This document shows positions 36,893 through 44,592 of a DNA stretch of 64,000 nucleotides, in pieces. Numbering within the stretch: the stretch's first letter is position 1; each line of letters begins with the position of its first letter. A program made the position numbers and the translations under genes. The DNA is from Bradyrhizobium sp. (GTDB lineage Bacteria; Pseudomonadota; Alphaproteobacteria; Rhizobiales; Xanthobacteraceae): the NCBI RefSeq assembly GCF_047605465.1, contig NZ_JASGFS010000012.1, forward strand, positions 22,214-86,213. Direction: 5' to 3'. A model generated the notes under the pieces. It had not been told where the DNA came from, searched no databases, and saw only the letters and a program-made list of their open reading frames with translations.

Positions 36893-37990
36893 GTGTTGAT
36901 CACTGCACTCCCGGATGCGCTCATGAAACCAAGAACAATGCGCGGGCCTGGGCTGTTCATCAGCCAATTCATCGGTGGACAGCCACCATTCGACACGCTC
37001 TCCGGCCTCGCCGGGTGGGCGCGCGAGATCGGCTTCAAGGCGCTGCAGATACCGCTCTCCGATCCGCGCCTCAAGGATCTGGCGGGACTGCCCGAGCGAG
37101 ATACGCTGGCCAGAATCGAGGCGGTCATGTCGCAGGCGGATCTCATCGTCAGCGAGGTTGCAGCGCAGCGATCGGGCCAGTTGCTGGCCGTTCACCCCGC
37201 CTATGATGAAACGATGGATGTGCTGGCGTCGCCGGATGTCCGCGGGCGCCCCGCTGCGCGTCAGGCACAGGCCGAGCAGGATCTGCGGCGCGCCATCGCT
37301 CGCGCCGCAGCGCTCGGGGCCGGCAAGGTCGTGGTATTCTCGGGCGGGCTTGCTTGGCCTTACTTCTATCCCTATCCGCCGCGTCCGGAAGGTCTCATCT
37401 CTCGTGCGTTCGACGAACTTGCCCGGCGTTGGCGTCCGCTCCTCGACGAAGCCGATCGCGCCGGCGTCGACCTCTGCTTCGAGCTCCATCCCGGGCAGGA
37501 TCTACACGACGGCGTCACCTTCGAACGGTTCCTCGCCAGCGTAGATCACCATCCGCGCGCCAAGATCAACTACGATCCCAGTCATTTCCTGCTGCAGCAG
37601 ATGGACTATCTCGGCTTCATCGATCGCTACCACGCGCGCATCGGGGCCTTTCACGTCAAGGACGCCGAGTTCACGCCGAGTGCGACAAGCGGCGTCTATG
37701 GCGGCTATCAGGACTGGCTCGACCGGCCCGGACGTTTCCGCAGCGTCGGCGACGGCCAGATCGACTTCGCCGGCATCTTCGATCGCCTGACCCGCTACGG
37801 CTATGACGGCTGGGCCGTGCTCGAATGGGAGTGTTGCCTGAAGAACTCCGACGACGGGGCGCGGGAAGGGGCACAATTCATCGAAGCGCACATCATCCGT
37901 GTTTCGGAGCGATCGTTCGACGCCGCGCTCGGTACGTCCATGCCCGCGGAGAAAATCGATCATTTGCTGGGCCTGGCGAGGCGTTCATGA
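36893..37990 (+). CDS. Sugar phosphate isomerase/epimerase (xylose isomerase-like TIM barrel, AP_endonuc_2)
   Basis: GFKALQIPL, VVVFSGG, LCFELHPGQD, NYDPSHF, FHVKDA, and WAVLEWE carry the conserved Glu/Asp/His metal ligands of this fold. An alternative start is at 36923. Confidence 0.8.
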   Translation: MLITALPDALMKPRTMRGPGLFISQFIGGQPPFDTLSGLAGWAREIGFKALQIPLSDPRLKDLAGLPERDTLARIEAVMSQADLIVSEVAAQRSGQLLAVHPAYDETMDVLASPDVRGRPAARQAQAEQDLRRAIARAAALGAGKVVVFSGGLAWPYFYPYPPRPEGLISRAFDELARRWRPLLDEADRAGVDLCFELHPGQDLHDGVTFERFLASVDHHPRAKINYDPSHFLLQQMDYLGFIDRYHARIGAFHVKDAEFTPSATSGVYGGYQDWLDRPGRFRSVGDGQIDFAGIFDRLTRYGYDGWAVLEWECCLKNSDDGAREGAQFIEAHIIRVSERSFDAALGTSMPAEKIDHLLGLARRS

Positions 37991-39162
37991 CCAATCCCGT
38001 CCTGAAGGCGCTCGGGCGCCCCTTTCGGCTCGGCATCGTCGGTGGCGCCCCGCCATCCATGATCGGGCCGGTCCACCGGGTGGCGGCGACCATGGACCAG
38101 CGCTTCGCACTGGTCGCGGGTATGCTGTCCTCCCGCGCGGAGCGATCGAAGGCGGAAGGCGTCGCCGCGGGCCTGAACGAAGCGCGTTGCTATGGCAGCA
38201 TCGAGGAGTTCATCGCAAGTGAACGCGCGCGCGAAGACGGTATCGAGGCCATTGCCATCATCACGCCGAACGACAGCCACGCCCCGTATCTGAAACTGGC
38301 TTTAGCAGCAGGGCTCGACGTGATGATCGAGAAGCCGCTGTGCAACGAACTGAGCGAGGCGCGGCAACTGCGCGATCTGGCGGCCTCCAGCGGTTGCGCG
38401 GTCGCAGTGACGCACACCTATTCCGGCTATCCGATGGTCCGCGAGATGCGCGCCCGCTGCCTGTCGGGTGAGATCGGCTCGCTTCGTCTGGTCCAGATCG
38501 AATATCTCGCAGGTGGACTTGCGACGGCGGTCGAACTCGGGCCGGACGCCGACCAGCGCTGGCGGCTAAAACCCGAGCGCAGTGGGCCGTCACTCGTCCT
38601 CGGCGATATCGGCACTCACGCACACCATCTCGTTTGCTTCGTCACCGGGCAGCCGTTCGAGCGCGTGTCCGCGGACGTCGGGACCATGGTTCCCGGCCGC
38701 AAGGTGCATGACGTCGCGCAGGTGCGCTTTCGTCTCGCCGACGGGTCCCGCGGACAGCTCGACGTCAGCAACGCGGCGACCGGCATGTCCAACCATATCC
38801 GGCTGCGTCTCTATGGCGAGAAGGGGCAGATGGAGTGGGTGCATGGCAGGCACAATGAGCTTTCGATCGCTGCGCTCAGCGGAGAGGTCCGCACGATTTC
38901 CGGCGGCCAGCCGATGCTGACGGCGGATGCGCAGCGTTCATCGCGGCTGATGCGCCCCGGTCATCCCGAGGGACTGCAGGAGGCCGTGGCCAACCTCTAT
39001 TGCGGGCTGGCCGGCATGATGCTCGCGCGCCGCGGCCACTCGTCGTCGGAAGCGCCCGGACTGGTGCCGACGATCGATGACGGCGTCGCGGGGCTTGCCT
39101 TCGTGATGGCATGCCTGGAAAGTTCGGCGAAAGACGGGGCGGTGGTTCGTTTGGACCAATGA
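37987..39162 (+). CDS. Gfo/Idh/MocA family NAD(P)-dependent oxidoreductase
   Basis: Rossmann N-terminus FRLGIVGGAPPSMIGPVHR, AIAIITPNDSHAPY and the MIEKPL (EKP) motif. ATG 37987 overlaps the upstream stop (ATGA). Confidence 0.85.
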   Translation: MTNPVLKALGRPFRLGIVGGAPPSMIGPVHRVAATMDQRFALVAGMLSSRAERSKAEGVAAGLNEARCYGSIEEFIASERAREDGIEAIAIITPNDSHAPYLKLALAAGLDVMIEKPLCNELSEARQLRDLAASSGCAVAVTHTYSGYPMVREMRARCLSGEIGSLRLVQIEYLAGGLATAVELGPDADQRWRLKPERSGPSLVLGDIGTHAHHLVCFVTGQPFERVSADVGTMVPGRKVHDVAQVRFRLADGSRGQLDVSNAATGMSNHIRLRLYGEKGQMEWVHGRHNELSIAALSGEVRTISGGQPMLTADAQRSSRLMRPGHPEGLQEAVANLYCGLAGMMLARRGHSSSEAPGLVPTIDDGVAGLAFVMACLESSAKDGAVVRLDQ

Positions 39163-39180
39163 TTTGAGGCGCGAGATACG

Positions 39181-39852
39181 ATGGCGACAATATTGGTGAC
39201 GGGGTGCGATACGGGGCTGGGTGTCGAATTCGCCCGGCAATATGCGGGTGACGGACATCGCGTGATCGCAACCTGCCTCGATCCCGCCGCGGCGACGGAG
39301 GCCACAGCCATTCGAGGCAATATCGAGGTGGTGAAGCTCGATGTGACTGATCATGCCGCGATCGAAGCTTTGTCACGACAGCTCAAGGGCGAGGCGATCG
39401 ACATTCTCCTCAACAATGCCGGGATCGGCCGCCCGCATCCGCCATTCGGCGAAACGGACTATGGGCTCTGGCAGCGGATCCTGCAGACCAATTTGGTCGG
39501 GCCCATGAAAATGGCCGAGAGCTTCGTTGCTCAGGTGGAGCGAAGCGAACTGAAGATGATGGCGTTCGTGTCGAGCCGGATGGGCTCGATCGCGCTGAAC
39601 AATTCCGGTGGATCGTACGCCTATCGTTCGAGCAAGGCGGGCCTGAACATGATCGTGAAGACGCTGGCCGTCGACCTCGCGCCGCGTCATATCTGCGTTT
39701 TGGCACTGCACCCGGGATGGGCGGCAACCGAGCCGGGCGGACGCGTGCCGGTCGCCGAAAGCGTCGCCGGCATGCGCGGGGTGATCCATCGCGCCGGCCG
39801 CCATCATACCGGCAGCTTCGTCACCTATCACGACCAGCCGCTGCCGTGGTGA
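39181..39852 (+). CDS. Short-chain dehydrogenase/reductase (SDR)
   Basis: ILVTGCDTGLGVEFA (TGxxxGxG), NNAGI, S...YRSSKAGLN (YxxxK catalytic motif). Confidence 0.85.
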   Translation: MATILVTGCDTGLGVEFARQYAGDGHRVIATCLDPAAATEATAIRGNIEVVKLDVTDHAAIEALSRQLKGEAIDILLNNAGIGRPHPPFGETDYGLWQRILQTNLVGPMKMAESFVAQVERSELKMMAFVSSRMGSIALNNSGGSYAYRSSKAGLNMIVKTLAVDLAPRHICVLALHPGWAATEPGGRVPVAESVAGMRGVIHRAGRHHTGSFVTYHDQPLPW

Positions 39853-39856
39853 TGCA

Positions 39857-40273
39857 TTACTTGCCTTCTTCCGCTGCGTCGGAGAGCTGGAGAGGGCGTC
39901 TCAGGGTGATGTCTTCAGACTGGAAATAGAGCCTGACCGGAATGCGGGATCTTCCGACGCCGGCTTTCTCGGCGCTGAGCTGAATGTTGTGCGACGGGTT
40001 GCTGGTGAACTCGAAAGAGCCGTCGCTCCGGGTCCGCGTGGAAGCCTTTTCGACGAACGTCGTGAAATTGAACACCCACAGCTTGACCTCCGCGCCCTCG
40101 ACCGGCGCACCCGAGGCATCGACGACGCGGCCGGCGATCACGCCGTGATTATGGGTGAAGACCCAGGCATTCCAGGCCATCGCGACGATGACGAGCGTGG
40201 CCGGCACCAGGACGAAGCGGTTGAGCAACCAGCGCCTCCACCAGGGGCGGGCGAGATCGTCTTCAACGCTCAT
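39857..40273 (-). CDS. Small single-pass membrane protein with carboxypeptidase-regulatory-like (CarboxypepD_reg) beta-sandwich domain
   Basis: MSVEDDLARPWWRRWLLNRFVLVPATLVIVAMAWNAWVF (TM anchor) is followed by GVIAGRVVDASGAPVEGAEVKLW...TRSDGSFEF. ATG 40273 overlaps the permease stop (ATGA). The rest of the listed 417-aa ORF is an artefact. Confidence 0.6.
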   Translation of the reverse strand: MSVEDDLARPWWRRWLLNRFVLVPATLVIVAMAWNAWVFTHNHGVIAGRVVDASGAPVEGAEVKLWVFNFTTFVEKASTRTRSDGSFEFTSNPSHNIQLSAEKAGVGRSRIPVRLYFQSEDITLRRPLQLSDAAEEGK

Positions 40274-41085
40274 CCCTTGGTCGCTCCGGTGGTCAGGCCC
40301 TGAACGAACTCCTTCTGCGCGAGCAGGAACAATAGGATGCCTGGCGCAAGCACCATGATGCAGAACGCATAGAGCGCACCCGTCGTATCCTCCTGATAGG
40401 AGATGAAGCGGGCCAGCCCGAGCGGCAACGTCTGCATGTCCTGCGAGCGCGTTGCGATCAGCGGCCACATGAAGTTGTTCCAGGACCAGATGAAAGAGAG
40501 GATCACATTGGTCGCGACGGCCGACTTGGCGAGCGGCATCATCACCTTCCAGATGATCCGCCATTCGGACAGCCCATCGACACGTGCGGCATCGATCAGC
40601 GAGCGCGGCACTGCGTCGAAGCTCGCCTTGAACACGAAGATGCAGATGATGGTGGAGAACATCGGCAAGGCAAGGCCGAGATAGGAATCGAGGAGGCCGA
40701 GCTTGCCCGTGATCAGATAGGCCGGGATGATCGTGGCCTGGAAGGGGATCATCATGCAGGACAGGAACAGCATCAGCACGATCTGCTTGCCCGGAAACGT
40801 CTGCGTCAGCGCATAGCCTGCCATCGCGTTGAGGACGATGTTCGCGATGATCGTCAGGACGGATACGACGACGCTGTTCAGGAAGTAGCGCGCGAAGGGG
40901 ATCGCGTACCAGACGTCGACATAATAGAACGGGTGCGGATCGCGCGGGATGATGCTGGGCGGGTAGGAGAAGATGTTCTCCCCGGAGATCGAGGTCTTCA
41001 GCACCCAGTAGAACGGCACGAGCATGACGAAGCACACGGCGATCAGTGCGAGGTGAATCGGCCAGCGCCGTTGCCGCCTCGCCAT
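40270..41085 (-). CDS. Carbohydrate ABC transporter permease (CUT1, MalG-like)
   Basis: MARRQRRWPIHLALIAVCFVMLVPFYWVLKTS and EAA loop LIDAARVDGLSEWRIIWKVMMPLAKS. ATG 41085 overlaps the upstream stop. Confidence 0.9.
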   Translation of the reverse strand: MARRQRRWPIHLALIAVCFVMLVPFYWVLKTSISGENIFSYPPSIIPRDPHPFYYVDVWYAIPFARYFLNSVVVSVLTIIANIVLNAMAGYALTQTFPGKQIVLMLFLSCMMIPFQATIIPAYLITGKLGLLDSYLGLALPMFSTIICIFVFKASFDAVPRSLIDAARVDGLSEWRIIWKVMMPLAKSAVATNVILSFIWSWNNFMWPLIATRSQDMQTLPLGLARFISYQEDTTGALYAFCIMVLAPGILLFLLAQKEFVQGLTTGATKG

Positions 41086-42029
41086 CAGTCCTGCTCCACC
41101 GCGCCGACATTGCCGCCCGAGAGCCGGTTGGCGGCCCACGTCACGACCAGCAGCAGGACGAAGAAGACGACGGTGATGGCCGCCGCGTAGTCGAATCGAG
41201 TCTGGTTGAAGGCGAGCTTGTAGATGTAGGTGACCAGGATCTCGGTGGCATGGCCCGGTCCGCCATTGGTCATGACGTAGATCAGGTCGAAGCTCGTGAC
41301 CGAATTGAGCATACCGATCACGAAGCAGAGGAACAGAGACGGCCGCAGCAAGGGCAGGGTGATGCGCAGGAAGCGGCGGAAGGCGTTAGCGCCGTCGATT
41401 TCGGCCGCCTCGTACAGATTGCCGGGAATGGTCTGCAGGCCCGTCAGGATGATGATCATGTAGAAGCCGAGCATCTGCCAGATGTTGGCGGCAATGACGC
41501 ACGGCAGTGCCCATGTGAACGAGTTGAGAAAGGGGATCGGCTGATCCGCCAGGTGCAGAGATCGCGCGACGTAGTTGATCAGTCCGACGCGCTCGTCGAA
41601 CATCCAGCGCCAGATGATGGCGACCGCGACCGTCATGAGCGGATAGGACAGGAAGATCAGGGTGCGATAGACCTCGCGGCCCCGGATGTTGGCGTTGACG
41701 AGGAGAGCGAGCCCCAGCGCGATCGCGATGCCGAGTGGCGCGGAGGCGATGATTCCGAGCGTGTTCCAGAGCGCTTGCCAGAACACGTCGTCGTCCGAGA
41801 ACATCTCCTGGTAGTTGTCGAAGCCGATGAACACCGCGAGCTTGAGCGGCGACCAGGCCTCGAAGGAGAGCACGACGTTCCAGCCGAGCGGTAGGATCCG
41901 GTAGAGCAGAAAGATCAGCAGCGAGGGCGCAAGGAAGGCCCAGATCAAGACCGCCTTGCGCGTCGATCGGCGCTCGGTGAAGCGGGGGCGCGCGCGGGGC
42001 GTATCGATGGCCGTCACCGACATGATCAT
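41085..42029 (-). CDS. Carbohydrate ABC transporter permease (CUT1, MalF-like)
   Basis: Polytopic, with EAA loop LYEAAEIDGANAFRRFLRITLPLLRPS. Confidence 0.9.
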   Translation of the reverse strand: MIMSVTAIDTPRARPRFTERRSTRKAVLIWAFLAPSLLIFLLYRILPLGWNVVLSFEAWSPLKLAVFIGFDNYQEMFSDDDVFWQALWNTLGIIASAPLGIAIALGLALLVNANIRGREVYRTLIFLSYPLMTVAVAIIWRWMFDERVGLINYVARSLHLADQPIPFLNSFTWALPCVIAANIWQMLGFYMIIILTGLQTIPGNLYEAAEIDGANAFRRFLRITLPLLRPSLFLCFVIGMLNSVTSFDLIYVMTNGGPGHATEILVTYIYKLAFNQTRFDYAAAITVVFFVLLLVVTWAANRLSGGNVGAVEQD

Positions 42030-42079
42030 TCCCTGGTCGTCCGCAATGTCGCCCTGCCGACGCCGCGGCGATGCCTTGA

Positions 42080-43330
42080 TTACGACCGCCGCAGGACGCG
42101 GGTGACGGCGCGCTCGGCGTCGGCAAGCGCGGTCTTGGCATCCTTGCGTCCGAGGACCGCGTTCTGGAATTCCGGCCAGAAAGCTTCCTTGATCTGGGCG
42201 TCGTTCGCCAGCGGCCAGTTTCCGGTCATCTTGTCGGTGTGCTCGAGCTGGGTCTGCAGCACCGCGTAGGCCAGGGGATCATCGGCCTTGACCGACTCCA
42301 GGCCCGCCTTGTCCGCCTCGATGTTCGCCGTGAGCACGCGGCGGATCTGCGCAAGCCGCGTCGCCCATTTCACGCTCGTCATGTGCTTGACGAGGGCAAA
42401 CGCCAGCTCGGGGTTCTTCGAGCTCTTGGAGACGCCAAAGCCGTGGTTGGTCGGCGTCGACCAGTCGCCCGGTGCCTGGGTTGCGCCCAATGTCTCCGGA
42501 TTGATCCAGCGGCCCTGTCCCTTGACGAAGAAATAGGACGCCGAATGAGCCTGCAGCATGCCGACCGTCCCGGATGCGAAGGCGCCGTTCGGCTCGACCC
42601 AGCGGCCGGTCCAGGCGATCTTGTTGATCGCGCCGGCGGCCGTGGATTTGGCGAGACGATCGAGCAGTTCGGCCGCCGCCGCCGTGTTGAAGGCGGGCTT
42701 CTTCAGATCGGGCGTGAGGAGCTCGATGCCGTTCATTTTCATCAGCGGCCAGTACAGCCAATCGAAATTCAGCGTCAGGAAGCCCGTCTTCTCGCCCTTG
42801 CCCATCGCCTGGGCGGACGTGAGAAGTTCGTCGAACGTCTTGGGCGGCCCGGCGAGCCCGGCCTCCTTCAACATGGTCTTGTTGTAATAGAGCAGGGTCT
42901 TGGCGACGTAGAACGGGACGAGATAGTTCTTCTTCTCGTAGACGAAGGAGGACATGTAGTCCGGATTGAACATCTTCACGAAGGCAGGATCGGCCTGGAA
43001 GTAGGGTGTCAAATCCAGCAGGGCGCCGTTCGCCGCCCACTCGACCCACAGCGCGCCCTGGATGTCGATGACGTCGGGCGCGGTGCCGGCGACCAGCTGG
43101 GTCTGGTAGAAGGCGGGAAGGTCCGGTCCCTTCTTGTCGAGCCATTCGATCTCGACGCCGGGATTGGCCTTCTTGAAGTCCTCGAACTCTTCCTTGAACA
43201 GCGCCTCCTGGTCGGCGATGTTCCAGGTCAAGATGCTGATCTTCTTGTTCGATTGCGCCCGCAGATAAGCAGGCATCGCCAGTGTTCCGGCCGCGGCCAG
43301 ACCCGTCTTGAGAACCGTCCTGCGATCCAT
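42080..43330 (-). CDS. Extracellular solute-binding protein family 1 (sugar ABC substrate-binding protein)
   Basis: Tat-like signal MDRRTVLKTGLAAAGTLAMPAYLRAQ followed by KISILTWNIADQE.... I chose ATG 43330, preceded by GGAGGA. Confidence 0.85.
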   Translation of the reverse strand: MDRRTVLKTGLAAAGTLAMPAYLRAQSNKKISILTWNIADQEALFKEEFEDFKKANPGVEIEWLDKKGPDLPAFYQTQLVAGTAPDVIDIQGALWVEWAANGALLDLTPYFQADPAFVKMFNPDYMSSFVYEKKNYLVPFYVAKTLLYYNKTMLKEAGLAGPPKTFDELLTSAQAMGKGEKTGFLTLNFDWLYWPLMKMNGIELLTPDLKKPAFNTAAAAELLDRLAKSTAAGAINKIAWTGRWVEPNGAFASGTVGMLQAHSASYFFVKGQGRWINPETLGATQAPGDWSTPTNHGFGVSKSSKNPELAFALVKHMTSVKWATRLAQIRRVLTANIEADKAGLESVKADDPLAYAVLQTQLEHTDKMTGNWPLANDAQIKEAFWPEFQNAVLGRKDAKTALADAERAVTRVLRRS

Positions 43331-43405
43331 CTCATCCTCCCGGCTCGTGAACGCAGAGGCTCTCGATGGGCATCCGTCGTCCGACATGATGGTCGTTTTT
43401 TCAAA

Positions 43406-43419
43406 TGTTAGCGCTTGCA
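43406..43419. promoter_or_regulatory. LacI-type operator candidate (TGTTAGCGCTTGCA, 10/14 palindromic)
   Basis: It lies in the divergent region between the binding-protein operon and the LacI gene. Half-sites are TGTTAGC/TGCAAGC around a central GC|GC. Confidence 0.3.
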
Positions 43420-43493
43420 TAGGCGTGGTCAAGAGTTTGCGGAATCTTTGAAACAGCCAGAGTTTTTGCAGTGCATCTTGATTGACAGAGGCA

Positions 43494-43507
43494 TGAAAGC
43501 GCTCTCA
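43494..43507. promoter_or_regulatory. LacI-type operator candidate (TGAAAGCGCTCTCA, 12/14 palindromic)
   Basis: It begins 6 nt downstream of a TTGACA hexamer (43482..43487), so it would overlap the -10/+1 zone of a promoter reading toward the LacI gene. Confidence 0.4.
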
Positions 43508-43536
43508 TTCTTGGCCTCGTCCGATTTTCCTGCGGT

Positions 43537-44580
43537 ATGGCCATGGTGGAAGCGCAGCCCTCGAGACGCTATCGCACTGGCTTGCCTCGCTCGCGGATGG
43601 CGGACGTGGCACGGCTTGCCGGTGTCTCGATCTCGACCGTTTCACGCGCGTTGCGTCAGCCCGATATCGTGTCCCCCGATGTGCGCGGCCGCATCGACGA
43701 GGCGGTTGCGCGACTGTCCTACCGGCGGAATGTGGTTGCCGGTGCGCTCGCGAGCGCGCGCAGCATGACGGTCGGCGTGATCATTCCGTCCATCATCAAC
43801 TCCTTCTTCGCCGCGACGATCGAGGCGCTCGAACAGGGCATGGCCGGCAGCGGCTATCAGCTCCTGCTCGGCAATACCGGCTATTCGGCGGAGGCCGAGC
43901 GGCAGCTGGTGTCGTCCTTCCTGGCGTGGTCGCCGGCCGCCATGGTGCTGACCGGCCGGCGTCATCACAGCGAGACGGTGGGAGCCCTGCTGTCGAGCCA
44001 GATTCCCGTGCTCGAGATGTGGGAGCTCTCCGATCACCCCATCGACATGATCGTCGGCTTCTCTCATCGCGCCGTGGGGCAACTGGTCTTTCAGCACCTT
44101 GCCAGGCGTGGCGCGGAGCGGCTCGGCTTCATCGGCGCGTACATGGACAGGGATTACCGGACCGCGGATCGGCGCGCCGGATTTGCCGAGGCCGCATTGC
44201 AGGCCGGTTACGATGCGCCGATCGAGGTCCATCTGCCCGAGCGCGCCAGCGCGATGGGAGGGGCAACCGGGCTCAGGGAATTGATGGCGCGAAGTCCCGG
44301 CGTGGATGCCGTGTTCTGCAGCAACGACATGATCGCGCTGGGGGCGCTGTTCGAAGCAGGGCGGCGTGGCCTCTCTGTTCCCGGCGATCTGAAGATCTGC
44401 GGTTTCGGTGACCTCGAATTCGCCGCCGCTTGCGATCCGCCGCTCACGACGGTGCGGCCGCCGGGACGAGAGATCGGCCTGCAGATCGCGACATTGCTGC
44501 GCGGCCGTCTCGAAGGAACGATCGATGGCGGCGGCAGCTTCGACCTCGGCGCCGAGCTTGTGTCGCGCGAGAGCACGTGA
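43537..44580 (+). CDS. LacI family transcriptional regulator
   Basis: HTH MADVARLAGVSISTVSRALRQPDIVSPDVRGRIDEAVARLSYRRNVVAGALA plus a sugar-binding core (ICGFGDLEFAA). The true start may be ATG 43597. Confidence 0.9.
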   Translation: MAMVEAQPSRRYRTGLPRSRMADVARLAGVSISTVSRALRQPDIVSPDVRGRIDEAVARLSYRRNVVAGALASARSMTVGVIIPSIINSFFAATIEALEQGMAGSGYQLLLGNTGYSAEAERQLVSSFLAWSPAAMVLTGRRHHSETVGALLSSQIPVLEMWELSDHPIDMIVGFSHRAVGQLVFQHLARRGAERLGFIGAYMDRDYRTADRRAGFAEAALQAGYDAPIEVHLPERASAMGGATGLRELMARSPGVDAVFCSNDMIALGALFEAGRRGLSVPGDLKICGFGDLEFAAACDPPLTTVRPPGREIGLQIATLLRGRLEGTIDGGGSFDLGAELVSREST

Positions 44581-44592
44581 GGTGGAGGGCCA

